A stretch of DNA of 64,000 nucleotides from Gemmatimonadales bacterium (GTDB lineage: Bacteria > Gemmatimonadota > Gemmatimonadetes > Gemmatimonadales > GWC2-71-9), in assembly GCA_044221045.1 (NCBI GenBank), contig JBGAPX010000004.1, forward strand, positions 6,733 through 70,732. Direction: 5' to 3'. Every line of letters begins with the position of its first letter. Position 1 is the stretch's first letter. Below, piece after piece: positions 17,434-27,148 of the stretch. The position numbers were made by a program, and so were the translations under genes. The notes beneath the pieces were generated by a model. The model ran no database searches. It saw only the letters and a list, made by a program, of their open reading frames with translations, and was not told the DNA's origin.

Positions 17434-19911
17434 ATGATGCGCCCCGCACCGCTCCTGCTGCTCTGTGCCGCGCTGCTGGCCCCGCCGGTGGCGGGACAGG
17501 GCACGCGGTGGTCCATGGACCCCGGGTGGCGATTCACCCGCGGCGACCCCACAGGGGCCGAGCAGCCCCGGTTCGACGACCGCGCGTGGCGCCAGCTCGA
17601 CGTACCGCACGACTGGAGCATCGAGGGCACCCCGCGGGAGGACGCCCCGGGCGGCGGCCGGGTGGGGTACTTCCCGAACGGGACCGGCTGGTACCGCAAG
17701 ACCTTCCGGCTGCCGAAGGGCGCGCTGACCGGCGCCGTCTGGCTCGAGTTCGACGGCGTCTACATGAACAGCGACGTCTGGCTCAACGGGGTGCACCTGG
17801 GCCGGCGGCCGTACGGGTACGCGAGCTTCGCGTATGACATCACCCGCCAGCTCCGGCCCGGGGACAACGTCGTGGCGGTCCGGGTGGACAACGCCGCCGA
17901 GCCCAACTCCCGCTGGTACACGGGCAGCGGGATCTACCGCCATGTCTGGCTCCGCACCATGACCCCGCTGCACCTGGGCCACTGGGGCACCTTCGTGACC
18001 ACCCCTCGCGCTGACTCGGCACGGGCCGAGATCGCGGTGCGGACCCGGATCGAGAACGACGGCCCGGCGCCGCGCCGGGGTGTACTGGAAACGGCCGTGG
18101 TCGAGCCCGGTGGGGGGCTGCTGACCCGGGTGGAGACGCCGTTCGACATCGGCGCGGGGTCGAAGATCGAACTGGAGCAGACGCTGACGCTTGACGCGCC
18201 ACGGCTCTGGTCGGTCGAGTCACCGCACCTGTACACGCTGAGGTCGGTCATCTCGGATGGGGGCACACGCGCCGTCACCCATGACCTCGCGGACACCCCG
18301 TTCGGCATCCGGTCCACCGCGTGGGACGCCGACCGCGGCTTCCTGCTGAATGGCCGGCCGGTGAAGCTCCGCGGCGTCAACCTGCATCACGACGCCGGCG
18401 GGCTCGGCGCGGCGGTGCCGGAACGGGTGTGGCTGGAGCGGCTCACCGCGCTCAAGGCCATGGGTGCCAACGCCATCCGCACCAGCCACAACCCGCCCGC
18501 GCCGGAGTTCCTGGACCTGTGCGACCGGCTGGGCTTCCTGGTCATGGCCGAGGCGTTCGACGAGTGGACCATGGGGAAGGTGCCGGAGGGCTACCATCGC
18601 TATTTCGCGGAGTGGTCGGAGCGCGACGTCACGGACTTCGTGCGCCGGGACCGGAACCATCCGTCGATCGTGCTGTGGAGCGCGGGGAACGAGATCGGGG
18701 AACAGACCGCGCCCGAGGGCGTGGCGGTGCTGCAGCGGCTGCTCGACCTGTTCCATCGCGAGGACCCGACCCGGCCGGTGACCACGGGGAACGACAACAT
18801 CGCCGCCGACGGCCGGCCCGCCACGCTGCCCTTCCTCGAGGCCCTCGACATCGTGGGCTACAACTACGTGGACCGGTGGCGGGAGCGGCGCGAGCTCTAC
18901 GCCGAGCCGGACCGCCACGACCACCCGGACTGGAAGATGATCGGCACCGAGAGCGGGACGATCTTCCAGTCGTTCGACGAGCAGTACTCGCTGGGCGACG
19001 ATCCGGCGGTGGTGCGTCCCAACTACACCTCGGGCATGATCACCGCCGAGCGGCTGTGGAAGTGGGTCACGCTGCACGACTACTTCAGCGGCAACTTCAT
19101 GTGGACCGGGATCGACTACCTGGGCGAGAGCACCTGGCCCTTCAAGGGGTTTCCCTCCGGGGCGATGGACCTCACGGGCCAGCCGAAGGACATCTACTAC
19201 CTGTACCAGAGCCTGTGGCGCGCGGAGCCGGTGCTGCGGCTCTTCCCGCACTGGAACTGGCCGGGACGCGAGGGCCAGGTGATCCCGGTGCTGGCCTACT
19301 CCAACTGCAACATCGTGGAGCTGTTCCTCAACGGGCGTTCCCTTGGCGAGCAGCGCAAGGAGTTTCCAGCGCCGGGCACCGCCGGGGGATGGAACACCTA
19401 CGCCGAGCCCCGGGTGCATCCGACCACGACCGACCTGCATTTCCGCTGGGACGTGCCCTACGAGCCCGGGGTGCTGCGGGCGGTGGGCAAGCGGCGCGAT
19501 GGCACCGCCGCCTGCGAGGCCGAGGTCCGCACGGCGGGACCGGCGGCGGCGCTGCGGCTCCAGGCGGCGCGGGACACCCTTTCCACCGCGCCGGGGGACG
19601 TGCTGCTGGCGCGGGTGGAGGTGGTGGACGCGGCGGGCGTGGTGGTGCCCGGCGCGAGCCAGGAAGTTCGGGTGGCGGTGCGCGGCGGCGAGCTCGTGAC
19701 GCTCGACAACGCCGACCTGCAGGACCTCACCCCGTATGGCGGCGACCGGCGGCGGGTGTTCCACGGGCGCGGGCTGGCGGTCATCCGCGCGGCAGGCCCC
19801 GGCACGCTGACGCTGACCGCGACGGCCGATGGGCTCGCTCCCGCCACCCTGACGCTGCCCGTGGCCCGTGGCGCGGCTCCACCGACCATCCCGGCCGTGA
19901 CGCGCCGATGA
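17434..19911 (+). CDS. Secreted GH2 glycoside hydrolase (beta-galactosidase-like)
   Basis: VPHDWSIE, FDGVYMNS, SRWYTGSGIYR, NAIRTSHNPP, RNHPSIVLWSAGNE, WTGIDYLGE. Confidence 0.93.
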   Translation: MMRPAPLLLLCAALLAPPVAGQGTRWSMDPGWRFTRGDPTGAEQPRFDDRAWRQLDVPHDWSIEGTPREDAPGGGRVGYFPNGTGWYRKTFRLPKGALTGAVWLEFDGVYMNSDVWLNGVHLGRRPYGYASFAYDITRQLRPGDNVVAVRVDNAAEPNSRWYTGSGIYRHVWLRTMTPLHLGHWGTFVTTPRADSARAEIAVRTRIENDGPAPRRGVLETAVVEPGGGLLTRVETPFDIGAGSKIELEQTLTLDAPRLWSVESPHLYTLRSVISDGGTRAVTHDLADTPFGIRSTAWDADRGFLLNGRPVKLRGVNLHHDAGGLGAAVPERVWLERLTALKAMGANAIRTSHNPPAPEFLDLCDRLGFLVMAEAFDEWTMGKVPEGYHRYFAEWSERDVTDFVRRDRNHPSIVLWSAGNEIGEQTAPEGVAVLQRLLDLFHREDPTRPVTTGNDNIAADGRPATLPFLEALDIVGYNYVDRWRERRELYAEPDRHDHPDWKMIGTESGTIFQSFDEQYSLGDDPAVVRPNYTSGMITAERLWKWVTLHDYFSGNFMWTGIDYLGESTWPFKGFPSGAMDLTGQPKDIYYLYQSLWRAEPVLRLFPHWNWPGREGQVIPVLAYSNCNIVELFLNGRSLGEQRKEFPAPGTAGGWNTYAEPRVHPTTTDLHFRWDVPYEPGVLRAVGKRRDGTAACEAEVRTAGPAAALRLQAARDTLSTAPGDVLLARVEVVDAAGVVVPGASQEVRVAVRGGELVTLDNADLQDLTPYGGDRRRVFHGRGLAVIRAAGPGTLTLTATADGLAPATLTLPVARGAAPPTIPAVTRR

Positions 19912-22559
19912 GCCGGCCGCAGCGTGCCGCCCGCCTGACGGCCGGCCGGGCGATGCTCTTCGCCGCGGCGCTGTCGCTGCCGGCCCAGGTCCAGGCCCAG
20001 CGGCCCGCCACCCGGTCGGCGTACATCGACCGCGCCGGGGTGATGCGCTGGACGGACGACCGCTCGGAGGTTGCGCTGTTCGGCGCCAACTACGTGATCC
20101 ACACCGCCAGCGACTACCGTGCGGCCGGGCTGGTCGGCGGCGACCGCAAGGCGATGATCGACGAGGACATGGCGCAGTTTGCCCGGATGGGATGGGACGG
20201 GCTCCGGCTGACGTTCTGGGGCGACTGGGAATCGGCCGACAGCCTGGGCAACCTGCTCGCCACTGATCACCTCGACCTGCTCGACTGGCTGATTGCCCGG
20301 GCCCGCGCGCGCGGCATCTACATGCTGTTGAGCCCCATCCAGCTCTACAACGCCAAGTGGCCCGACGCCCTGTCCGACACCACCGCCCCCGGCTTCGGCC
20401 GGCGCTACCCGCGGGAACGGATGGGGACCGACCCGGCGGCGATCGCGGCGCAGGTGACGTACCTGCGGCAGATCCTCACCCACGTGAACCCCTACACTGG
20501 CGTGGCCCTCAAGGACGAGCCGGCGATCCTCTTCCTGGAGCTGGTGAACGAGCCGGTGCACCATCCGGAGGACCTCGCGGGTTCCGTCCGCTACATCAAC
20601 ACGCTGACGGACGCCGTCCGCTCGACCGGGTGCCGCACGCCGATCTTCTACAACGTGAGCCAGGACTTCCGGATCGGCGAGGCGATCCGGCGCTCGAAGG
20701 CGCAGGGCATCACCTTCGGCTGGTACCCGTCGGCCCTGAGTGCCGGATACGAGCTGCCGGGCAACTTCCTGCGCGCTGTGGACGACTTCCCCGACATGCG
20801 CCGCCCGGAGCTCGCGCGGCTGCCGCGGATCGTCTACGAGTTCGACAGCCCCGACCTCCGCACCGGCACGATGTACCCCGCGATGGCGCGCACCTTCCGC
20901 GCGGTGGGGGCGCAGTTCGCGGCGATGTTCGCGTACGACATGCAGCGGACGGCCTCGCGCAATCTTGGCTGGCAGACGCACTACCTGAGCCTGGCCTATA
21001 CCCCGCGGAAGGCGATGAGCGCCATCGTGGCCGCCGAGGCGATGAAGCGGCTGCCCCGCGGGAAGGACTACGGGCCGTACCCCGGCAACACGCGGTTCGG
21101 GGACTTCCACGTCTCGGCGGAGGAGAACCTGGGCGAGCTGGTGTCGGCTGACGCCTTCCTTTACGCCGGCTCCACCCGCTCCACGCCGCCCGACCCTGCG
21201 GCCCTGCGCCGGATCGCGGGGTACGGCTCGTCACCAACGGTGGCCTACGGCGGCGAGGGGATCTACTTCCTGGACCGGGTGCGAGCCGGCCTGTGGCGCC
21301 TGGAGGTGTACCCGGACGCGGTTCCGGTGCGGGACCCGTTCGAGCTGCCCCGCGCCGACAAGGTGGTCACCCGGGCGATACGCCGCCCCTGGCCGATGAC
21401 CGTGCAGCTGACGGACCTCGGACCCGACTTCTCGGTGCAGCCGGTGACGGCGGGCAATGCCGGCCTGACGCGGGCCACGGCGGGCCGGTTCGTCGTGACG
21501 CCGGGAGTGTACCTCCTCAGCGCGTCGGGACCGGTGGATGTCGCCACGCTCCCGACGCACCTGGGCCAGGTGGGCATGGCCGAGTACCACGCCCCGCCCG
21601 AGGACACGCTGTCCACGGTGGTGACGCCCCTCGCGCCGGCGGCGCTGGTGGCCGGCCGCGACGCGGTGCTGCGCGCCCGCGTGGTGGACCAGACGCCGCC
21701 GGATTCGGCGCGGCTCTTCCTGCGGCGCACCGCGGGGGACTGGTACCACGCCTATCCCCTGCGGCCCGCCGGGGGCTACGAGTACGCCGCCACGGTGCCG
21801 GGAGCGGACCTGCGCGCGGGGCCCTACGAGTACGTGATCACGCTGTACCGGGACGGGGCCCCGACCACCTTCCCTGGCGGCCGGGCAGCGCAGCCGTGGG
21901 ACTGGAACTTCGGCACCGAGGGCTCGTGGCCCCTGCCGGTGGTGGACCCGGCGACCCCGCTCACGCTCTTCGATCCCGCCACCGACATGGGACGGCTTGC
22001 CTTCACCCGCATCGGCGATGCAGGGCGCAGCGGGCGGTTTCAGGTGACGCTCTCGCCGCTCACCTCCGCCCCGGCCTTCCACCTGCCCCTCCCGGTGGAC
22101 GCGCAGGGCTGGAGCCCGGCCGACTACACCGCCTCCCTGGTCATCGCCGACCGGGTGGGGGCCCGGCGGGAGGCGATTGCCGGCGCCACCCGCCTGCGCC
22201 TGCGGGGTCGCGGCCTCGGCCCCGGGCAGTCGGTGCACCTCACCCTGATGGAAGCGGATGGCACCAGCTGGAGCACCGCGGTACCGCTCGATAGCGCGTG
22301 GGCCGACCTGGAAGTCGCCCTCACGCGCCTCGAGGCGGGGCGCGGGGTGCTGCTGCCGCAGGGCTTCCCGGGGGAGTGGAACTACTGGGTGGGTCCGGCC
22401 GCCGGGCGGGGCGGCCCCGGAGATCGGCCGCGGCTGGAGCAGCTGGAGCGGCTGCAGCTCTCGCTCCGGCGCGATGAGGGGACGGCGGTGGCGCCGGAGG
22501 GGTACGGGGTGGAGGTGGAGTGGGTGCGGCTCGAGTTCGGGAGCCCGTCGGCGCGCTGA
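19908..22559 (+). CDS. Secreted clan GH-A glycoside hydrolase (GH147/GH5-like) with long C-terminal extension
   Basis: GVMRW..FGANY, HLDLLDWLI, HVNPYTG, ELVNEP (acid/base), IVYEFD (nucleophile); ATGA coupling to GH2. Family assignment is from recalled similarity. Confidence 0.7.
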   Translation: MSRPQRAARLTAGRAMLFAAALSLPAQVQAQRPATRSAYIDRAGVMRWTDDRSEVALFGANYVIHTASDYRAAGLVGGDRKAMIDEDMAQFARMGWDGLRLTFWGDWESADSLGNLLATDHLDLLDWLIARARARGIYMLLSPIQLYNAKWPDALSDTTAPGFGRRYPRERMGTDPAAIAAQVTYLRQILTHVNPYTGVALKDEPAILFLELVNEPVHHPEDLAGSVRYINTLTDAVRSTGCRTPIFYNVSQDFRIGEAIRRSKAQGITFGWYPSALSAGYELPGNFLRAVDDFPDMRRPELARLPRIVYEFDSPDLRTGTMYPAMARTFRAVGAQFAAMFAYDMQRTASRNLGWQTHYLSLAYTPRKAMSAIVAAEAMKRLPRGKDYGPYPGNTRFGDFHVSAEENLGELVSADAFLYAGSTRSTPPDPAALRRIAGYGSSPTVAYGGEGIYFLDRVRAGLWRLEVYPDAVPVRDPFELPRADKVVTRAIRRPWPMTVQLTDLGPDFSVQPVTAGNAGLTRATAGRFVVTPGVYLLSASGPVDVATLPTHLGQVGMAEYHAPPEDTLSTVVTPLAPAALVAGRDAVLRARVVDQTPPDSARLFLRRTAGDWYHAYPLRPAGGYEYAATVPGADLRAGPYEYVITLYRDGAPTTFPGGRAAQPWDWNFGTEGSWPLPVVDPATPLTLFDPATDMGRLAFTRIGDAGRSGRFQVTLSPLTSAPAFHLPLPVDAQGWSPADYTASLVIADRVGARREAIAGATRLRLRGRGLGPGQSVHLTLMEADGTSWSTAVPLDSAWADLEVALTRLEAGRGVLLPQGFPGEWNYWVGPAAGRGGPGDRPRLEQLERLQLSLRRDEGTAVAPEGYGVEVEWVRLEFGSPSAR

Positions 22560-22560
22560 C

Positions 22561-22941
22561 TCAGGGCGCGCGGACGTTCGCCGTGCTGGCGAAGATGCGC
22601 GCCGCCACCACCAGCTCCACCAGGGCCCCGGGGGAGAGGAGCAAGTCCCCGCTGCGGAACACCGGCCCCGCGGCGGACCGGACCTCGATCTCGAGGACAC
22701 CGCCGTTGACCAGTGCGGCCTGCGGGATCACGAAGTGACTGGCCATGCCGGGGTGCACCGTGCCCAGGCGGCGGTTGATGCCGTGGCCGGTGACGTAGAC
22801 GTCCACCGGGACGGCGTGATTGCTCGTCACGTCGACGGCCGTGGGCACCGGGGCCGGGGTGCCGGGAGCCGCGCCGGCGTTGCCACCACCGCACGCGGAG
22901 GCCAGGACCAGGGCCAGGATGAGGAGCGGTCGGGCACGCAT
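22561..22941 (-). CDS. Hypothetical lipoprotein, 126 aa
   Basis: GGAGG SD; lipobox LASAC. Confidence 0.75.
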   Translation of the reverse strand: MRARPLLILALVLASACGGGNAGAAPGTPAPVPTAVDVTSNHAVPVDVYVTGHGINRRLGTVHPGMASHFVIPQAALVNGGVLEIEVRSAAGPVFRSGDLLLSPGALVELVVAARIFASTANVRAP

Positions 22942-22965
22942 GGATTCCTCCGGGAAGACGGGCCT

Positions 22966-23184
22966 TCAGCGTTCCGGCGTGGGCGCCCCGGCGCGGGCGG
23001 CCCGGAACGCCAGCATGAGCATGAGCAGTCCGAAGCCGAGCAGCGCGAGCCCCCACCAGAGGTTCACGTTGATGCCCAGCGACCGGGCGTAGATCTCCGG
23101 ACCGGAGACGATCCCGAAGCCGGCGAGCAGCACGCCGAAGATCGTGAACATCAGCCCCATGGGCAGGCGCAGGTCGAGTTGCAT
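22966..23184 (-). CDS. Small two-TM membrane protein associated with the SSS transporter
   Basis: DLRLPMGLMF..GINVNLWWG; starts 7 nt after the symporter stop. Confidence 0.8.
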   Translation of the reverse strand: MQLDLRLPMGLMFTIFGVLLAGFGIVSGPEIYARSLGINVNLWWGLALLGFGLLMLMLAFRAARAGAPTPER

Positions 23185-23191
23185 GGCGTGA

Positions 23192-24901
23192 TTACCAGAA
23201 GATGATGTTGAGGACCAGCGTGAGGCCCAGGACCACGGCGCCGAGCGTGGCCGGCCGCTGGAACCAGGTGAGCCCGTGGTCGGACTGGCGCGGGGTGAGG
23301 GCGTAGACCAGGCCGCGGAGCTCGTCGTCAGTCTTGAGGCGCGGGGTGGCGAGCGAGATCCCGATCGTGGCGAGGAAGCAGGCGCTCCACGCCATGATGG
23401 CGGTCCAGAAGTTTTGGGCCATCTCGCTCGGGTAGGTGTGCAGCACCGCGCCCAGGAACCCGCCCTTGAGGCCGGCCACCGCGCCGTGCGGCAGGGTGAG
23501 CCCGTGGTGGGCCGCGGCGGCCAGGGTGCCGAGCAGCAGGCCGTAGAAGGCGCCGTGGCCGGTGGTACGGCGCCAGAACATGCCGAGCAGGAAGGTGGCG
23601 AACAGCGGGGCGTTCACGAAGGCGAACACCAGCTGCAGCATGTCCATGATGTTGTTGAAGCGGGTGGTGGCGTAGGCCGCGCCGACGCTCAGCGCGATGC
23701 CGAAGACGGTGGCCGCGTGCCCCATCCGGAGGTAGTGCCGGTCGGTCTGGTGGGGCCGGATGTACGACTGGTAGATGTCGTAGGTCCACACCGCGTTGAA
23801 GGCGGTGACGTTGCCCGCCATCCCGGACATGAACGAGGCCATGAGGGCGGTGAGCCCGAGGCCCAGCAGGCCCGACGGCAGGTAGTGCGCCAGCAGCACC
23901 GGCATGGCCAGGTTGTAGTTGGGGTTGCCGTCGGCGCCGAGGGGCAGGAGGCCGCCCCGCCCCTGGTGGAGCGCGATGGCGATCATCCCCGGCACGATGA
24001 CGAGCATGGGGAAGAGCATCTTGGGAATGGCGGCGAGCAGCGGGGTGCGGCGGGCGGCGAGCATCGACTCGGCGGCCATGGCGCGCTGCACCACCAGGAA
24101 GTCGGTGCACCAGTAGCCGAACGAGAGCACGAAGCCGAGGCCCATGGCCATCCCGAACCACTCGACGCCCATCGGGTTGGCGTCGGCGGAGCCCAGGTGG
24201 CGCCAGCTGTCGGACCAGGCCCCGGCGGCGTAGCCGGCCCCGGTGGCCACCGGCTCGAGCTGGGCAGTGAGGCCGGCCCAGCCGCCCACGTCCTTGAGGC
24301 CAAGGAGGACGAGGGGCAGGAAGCCCAGGACGATCAGGAAGAACTGCAGCACCTCGTTGTAGATCGCCGAGGTGAGGCCGCCGAAGAAGATGTAGACCAG
24401 CACGATGACCGCGGAGAGGATCACGCTGGCGTGGAAATTCCAGCCCAGGACCAGCTCGAGCAGCTTGGCGAGCGCGTACATCGAGATGCCGCTGGAGAGC
24501 ACCGTCATCACGGCGAAGGTGATGGCGTTGAAGCCGCGGGTCTTCTCGTCGAAGCGGAGCCGCAGGTACTCGGGCACCGAGCGCGCGCGGCTGCCGTAGT
24601 AGAAGGGCATCATGAAGATGCCGACGAAGACCATCGCGGGAATGGCGCCGACCCAGTAGAAGTGGCTCGTCATCATCCCGTACTTGGCCCCCGACGCGGC
24701 CATCCCGATGACCTCCTGGGCGCCGAGGTTGGCCGAGAGGAAGGCGAGGCCGGCGATCCAGGTGGGGATGGACCGTCCCGAGAGGAAGAAGTCCTCGCTG
24801 CTCTTCACGTGGCGCCGGAGCACGAACCCGATGCCCAGGACGAAGGCGAAGTAGACGATCAGGATGGCGTAGTCGATCCCGCCGAGCTGGATCTGGGACA
24901 C
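23192..24901 (-). CDS. Sodium:solute symporter (Na+/galactose-like)
   Basis: FFLSGRS, FLSANLGA, SVPEYLRLRF, GGLTSAIYNEVLQ, YWCTDFLVVQR. The start codon is non-canonical or approximate. Confidence 0.93.
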   Translation of the reverse strand: MSQIQLGGIDYAILIVYFAFVLGIGFVLRRHVKSSEDFFLSGRSIPTWIAGLAFLSANLGAQEVIGMAASGAKYGMMTSHFYWVGAIPAMVFVGIFMMPFYYGSRARSVPEYLRLRFDEKTRGFNAITFAVMTVLSSGISMYALAKLLELVLGWNFHASVILSAVIVLVYIFFGGLTSAIYNEVLQFFLIVLGFLPLVLLGLKDVGGWAGLTAQLEPVATGAGYAAGAWSDSWRHLGSADANPMGVEWFGMAMGLGFVLSFGYWCTDFLVVQRAMAAESMLAARRTPLLAAIPKMLFPMLVIVPGMIAIALHQGRGGLLPLGADGNPNYNLAMPVLLAHYLPSGLLGLGLTALMASFMSGMAGNVTAFNAVWTYDIYQSYIRPHQTDRHYLRMGHAATVFGIALSVGAAYATTRFNNIMDMLQLVFAFVNAPLFATFLLGMFWRRTTGHGAFYGLLLGTLAAAAHHGLTLPHGAVAGLKGGFLGAVLHTYPSEMAQNFWTAIMAWSACFLATIGISLATPRLKTDDELRGLVYALTPRQSDHGLTWFQRPATLGAVVLGLTLVLNIIFW

Positions 24902-25075
24902 GATGGGGGCTTCCGGGGTGCGGGCTGGGTGAGTGGGAGGCCGCCGGGCGGCGCTCCCCGGTCCAGCCGCCCGGGAGGACCGCGACGCCCGCCGTATGTT
25001 TCACGCCGCGCCCCCCGGGCGCAAGGTCCGCTGGCCGACCGGCCCGACGAACCGTACCTTAACGCCACCAGCCCC

Positions 25076-27148
25076 ATGCGCCGTCCCTCACGACTTCCCC
25101 TGACCGCCCTCGCCGCGGTGGCCCTCGCGGCCGCGCCGCTGGCGTCCCAGGTCTCCGTGGCGTCCCCCGACGGGCGCACCCGGGTGACCCTCGAGGTCCT
25201 CGAGGACCGCCTCACCTGGCGGCTGGACCGCGACGGCCGCCCGCTGATCGGTCCCTCGCGCCTCGGCCTCCGCTTCGAGGGGCAGGCGCCGATGGACTCG
25301 GGCTGGGCGATCCGCGACACCACCCGCAGCGCCCACGACGCCTGGTGGACCCAGCCCTGGGGCGAGGTCGCCCGGGTGCGGGAGCAGTACAACGAACTCG
25401 CGGTCGGGGCGGAGGAGGACTGCGTCGTCATCCGGGGGCAGGAGAACGCCGGGCCCGGCTGCCGGCGGCTGGTGCTCCGGGTGCGCGCCTTCGACGACGG
25501 CATCGGGTTCCGCTACGAGGTCCCGGAGCAGCCGGGCTTCGGGCGCTACGCCCTGACCGAGGAACTGACCCAGTTCGCCTTCGTGGAGAACCCGCGGGCC
25601 TGGTTCATCCCCTCCGACCGGCCGCGGATGGACCGCTCCGAGATGCTCTACAGCGCGGGGCCGGTGAGCCTGCTGCAGCGGGTGCAGACGCCGCTCACCA
25701 TGGAGTCACAGGACGGTCGCACCTTCATGGTGCTGCACGAGGCCAACCTGGTCGACTACCCCCGGATGAACCTCAAGGGCGGGTGCATCGAGTGCCGGAC
25801 CCTGCAGGCCGACCTCGCCCCCATGGCCGACGGCATCCTGGCCCGCGGGGAGGCCCCGCTCATCACCCCGTGGCGCACGATGCAGCTCGCCGACCGCGTC
25901 ACCGAGCTTTCCCCCGCGCTGCTCGGCCTCAAGCTCAACCCGCCGAGCGCCATCGCGAACACCGGCTGGATCCACCCGATGAAGTACGTGGGCATCTGGT
26001 GGGGGATGCACATCGGCACCATGACCTGGAGCTCCGGCCCCACGCACGGCGCCACGACCGAGAACACCCGGCGGTACATCGACTTCGCGGCGGCCAACGG
26101 CTTCGGCGGCGTGCTGGTGGAAGGGTGGAACACCGGCTGGGACGGCGACTGGATCCGCAACCGCAACGCCTTCTCGTTTACCCAGGCGTACCCCGACTAC
26201 GACCTGCCCGGCCTCGCGGCCTATGCCCGCTCCCGGGGCGTGCGGCTCATCGTCCACAACGAGACCTCGGGCGGCATCCGCAACTACGAGCGGCAGCTCG
26301 ACAGCGCGTTCACCCTGTACCAGTCGCTCGGCCTCGACGCGATCAAGACCGGGTACGTCACCGACACCATCGACGGCGGGCACGATCACTGGTCGCAGGT
26401 GGCGGTGCAGCACCACCGCCGCGTGATCGAGGCCGCCGCGGCACACGGCATCATGGTCGATGTGCACGAGCCGCTGCACGACACCGGCGAGCGGCGCACC
26501 TGGCCCAACATGATGACCCGCGAGGGCGCCCGCGGCCAGGAGTACAACGCCTGGAGCGGCGACGGCGGCAACCCGCCGGAGCACGAGACCATCCTGTTCT
26601 TCACCCGGCTGCTGGCCGGGCCGATGGACTACACCCCGGGCGTGTTCGACCTGCTGATCGAGCGCGGCACCGGCCGCCCCCGCGCCGCCGGCGAGCCGCG
26701 GGTGCGCACCACCCTGGCCAAGCAGCTGGCGCTGTACGTGGTGCTCTACTCGCCGCTGCAGATGGCGGCCGACCTGCCGGAAAACTACGAACGGCAGCCG
26801 GCCTTCCAGTTCATCCGCGACGTGGCGGTGGACTGGGACACCACCCGGGTGCTCGACGGCCGCATCGGCGACTACGTGGCGGTGGCCCGCCGGGAGCGCG
26901 GGGGCCAGACCTGGTTCCTCGGCGCCATCACCGACGAGCAGCCGCGCACCCTCGACCTGCCGCTCACGTTCCTGCCCCCCGGGCGCCGCTACATCGCGGA
27001 GATCTACGCCGACGGCCCCGGCGCCGACTGGCGCGACAACCCGCTGCCCGTCGCCATCACCCGCCGCGCCGTGACCAGCGCCACCCGCCTGCGCGTCGCG
27101 CTGGCCCCTGGCGGCGGCCAGGCCATCCGGATCCGACCCGCCCGATGA
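25076..27148 (+). CDS. GH97 alpha-glucosidase (SusB-like)
   Basis: KYVGIWWGMH, YIDFAA, VLVEGWN, HNET, HEP, REGARGQEY, GPMDYTPG, YSPLQMAADL. Confidence 0.95.
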   Translation: MRRPSRLPLTALAAVALAAAPLASQVSVASPDGRTRVTLEVLEDRLTWRLDRDGRPLIGPSRLGLRFEGQAPMDSGWAIRDTTRSAHDAWWTQPWGEVARVREQYNELAVGAEEDCVVIRGQENAGPGCRRLVLRVRAFDDGIGFRYEVPEQPGFGRYALTEELTQFAFVENPRAWFIPSDRPRMDRSEMLYSAGPVSLLQRVQTPLTMESQDGRTFMVLHEANLVDYPRMNLKGGCIECRTLQADLAPMADGILARGEAPLITPWRTMQLADRVTELSPALLGLKLNPPSAIANTGWIHPMKYVGIWWGMHIGTMTWSSGPTHGATTENTRRYIDFAAANGFGGVLVEGWNTGWDGDWIRNRNAFSFTQAYPDYDLPGLAAYARSRGVRLIVHNETSGGIRNYERQLDSAFTLYQSLGLDAIKTGYVTDTIDGGHDHWSQVAVQHHRRVIEAAAAHGIMVDVHEPLHDTGERRTWPNMMTREGARGQEYNAWSGDGGNPPEHETILFFTRLLAGPMDYTPGVFDLLIERGTGRPRAAGEPRVRTTLAKQLALYVVLYSPLQMAADLPENYERQPAFQFIRDVAVDWDTTRVLDGRIGDYVAVARRERGGQTWFLGAITDEQPRTLDLPLTFLPPGRRYIAEIYADGPGADWRDNPLPVAITRRAVTSATRLRVALAPGGGQAIRIRPAR

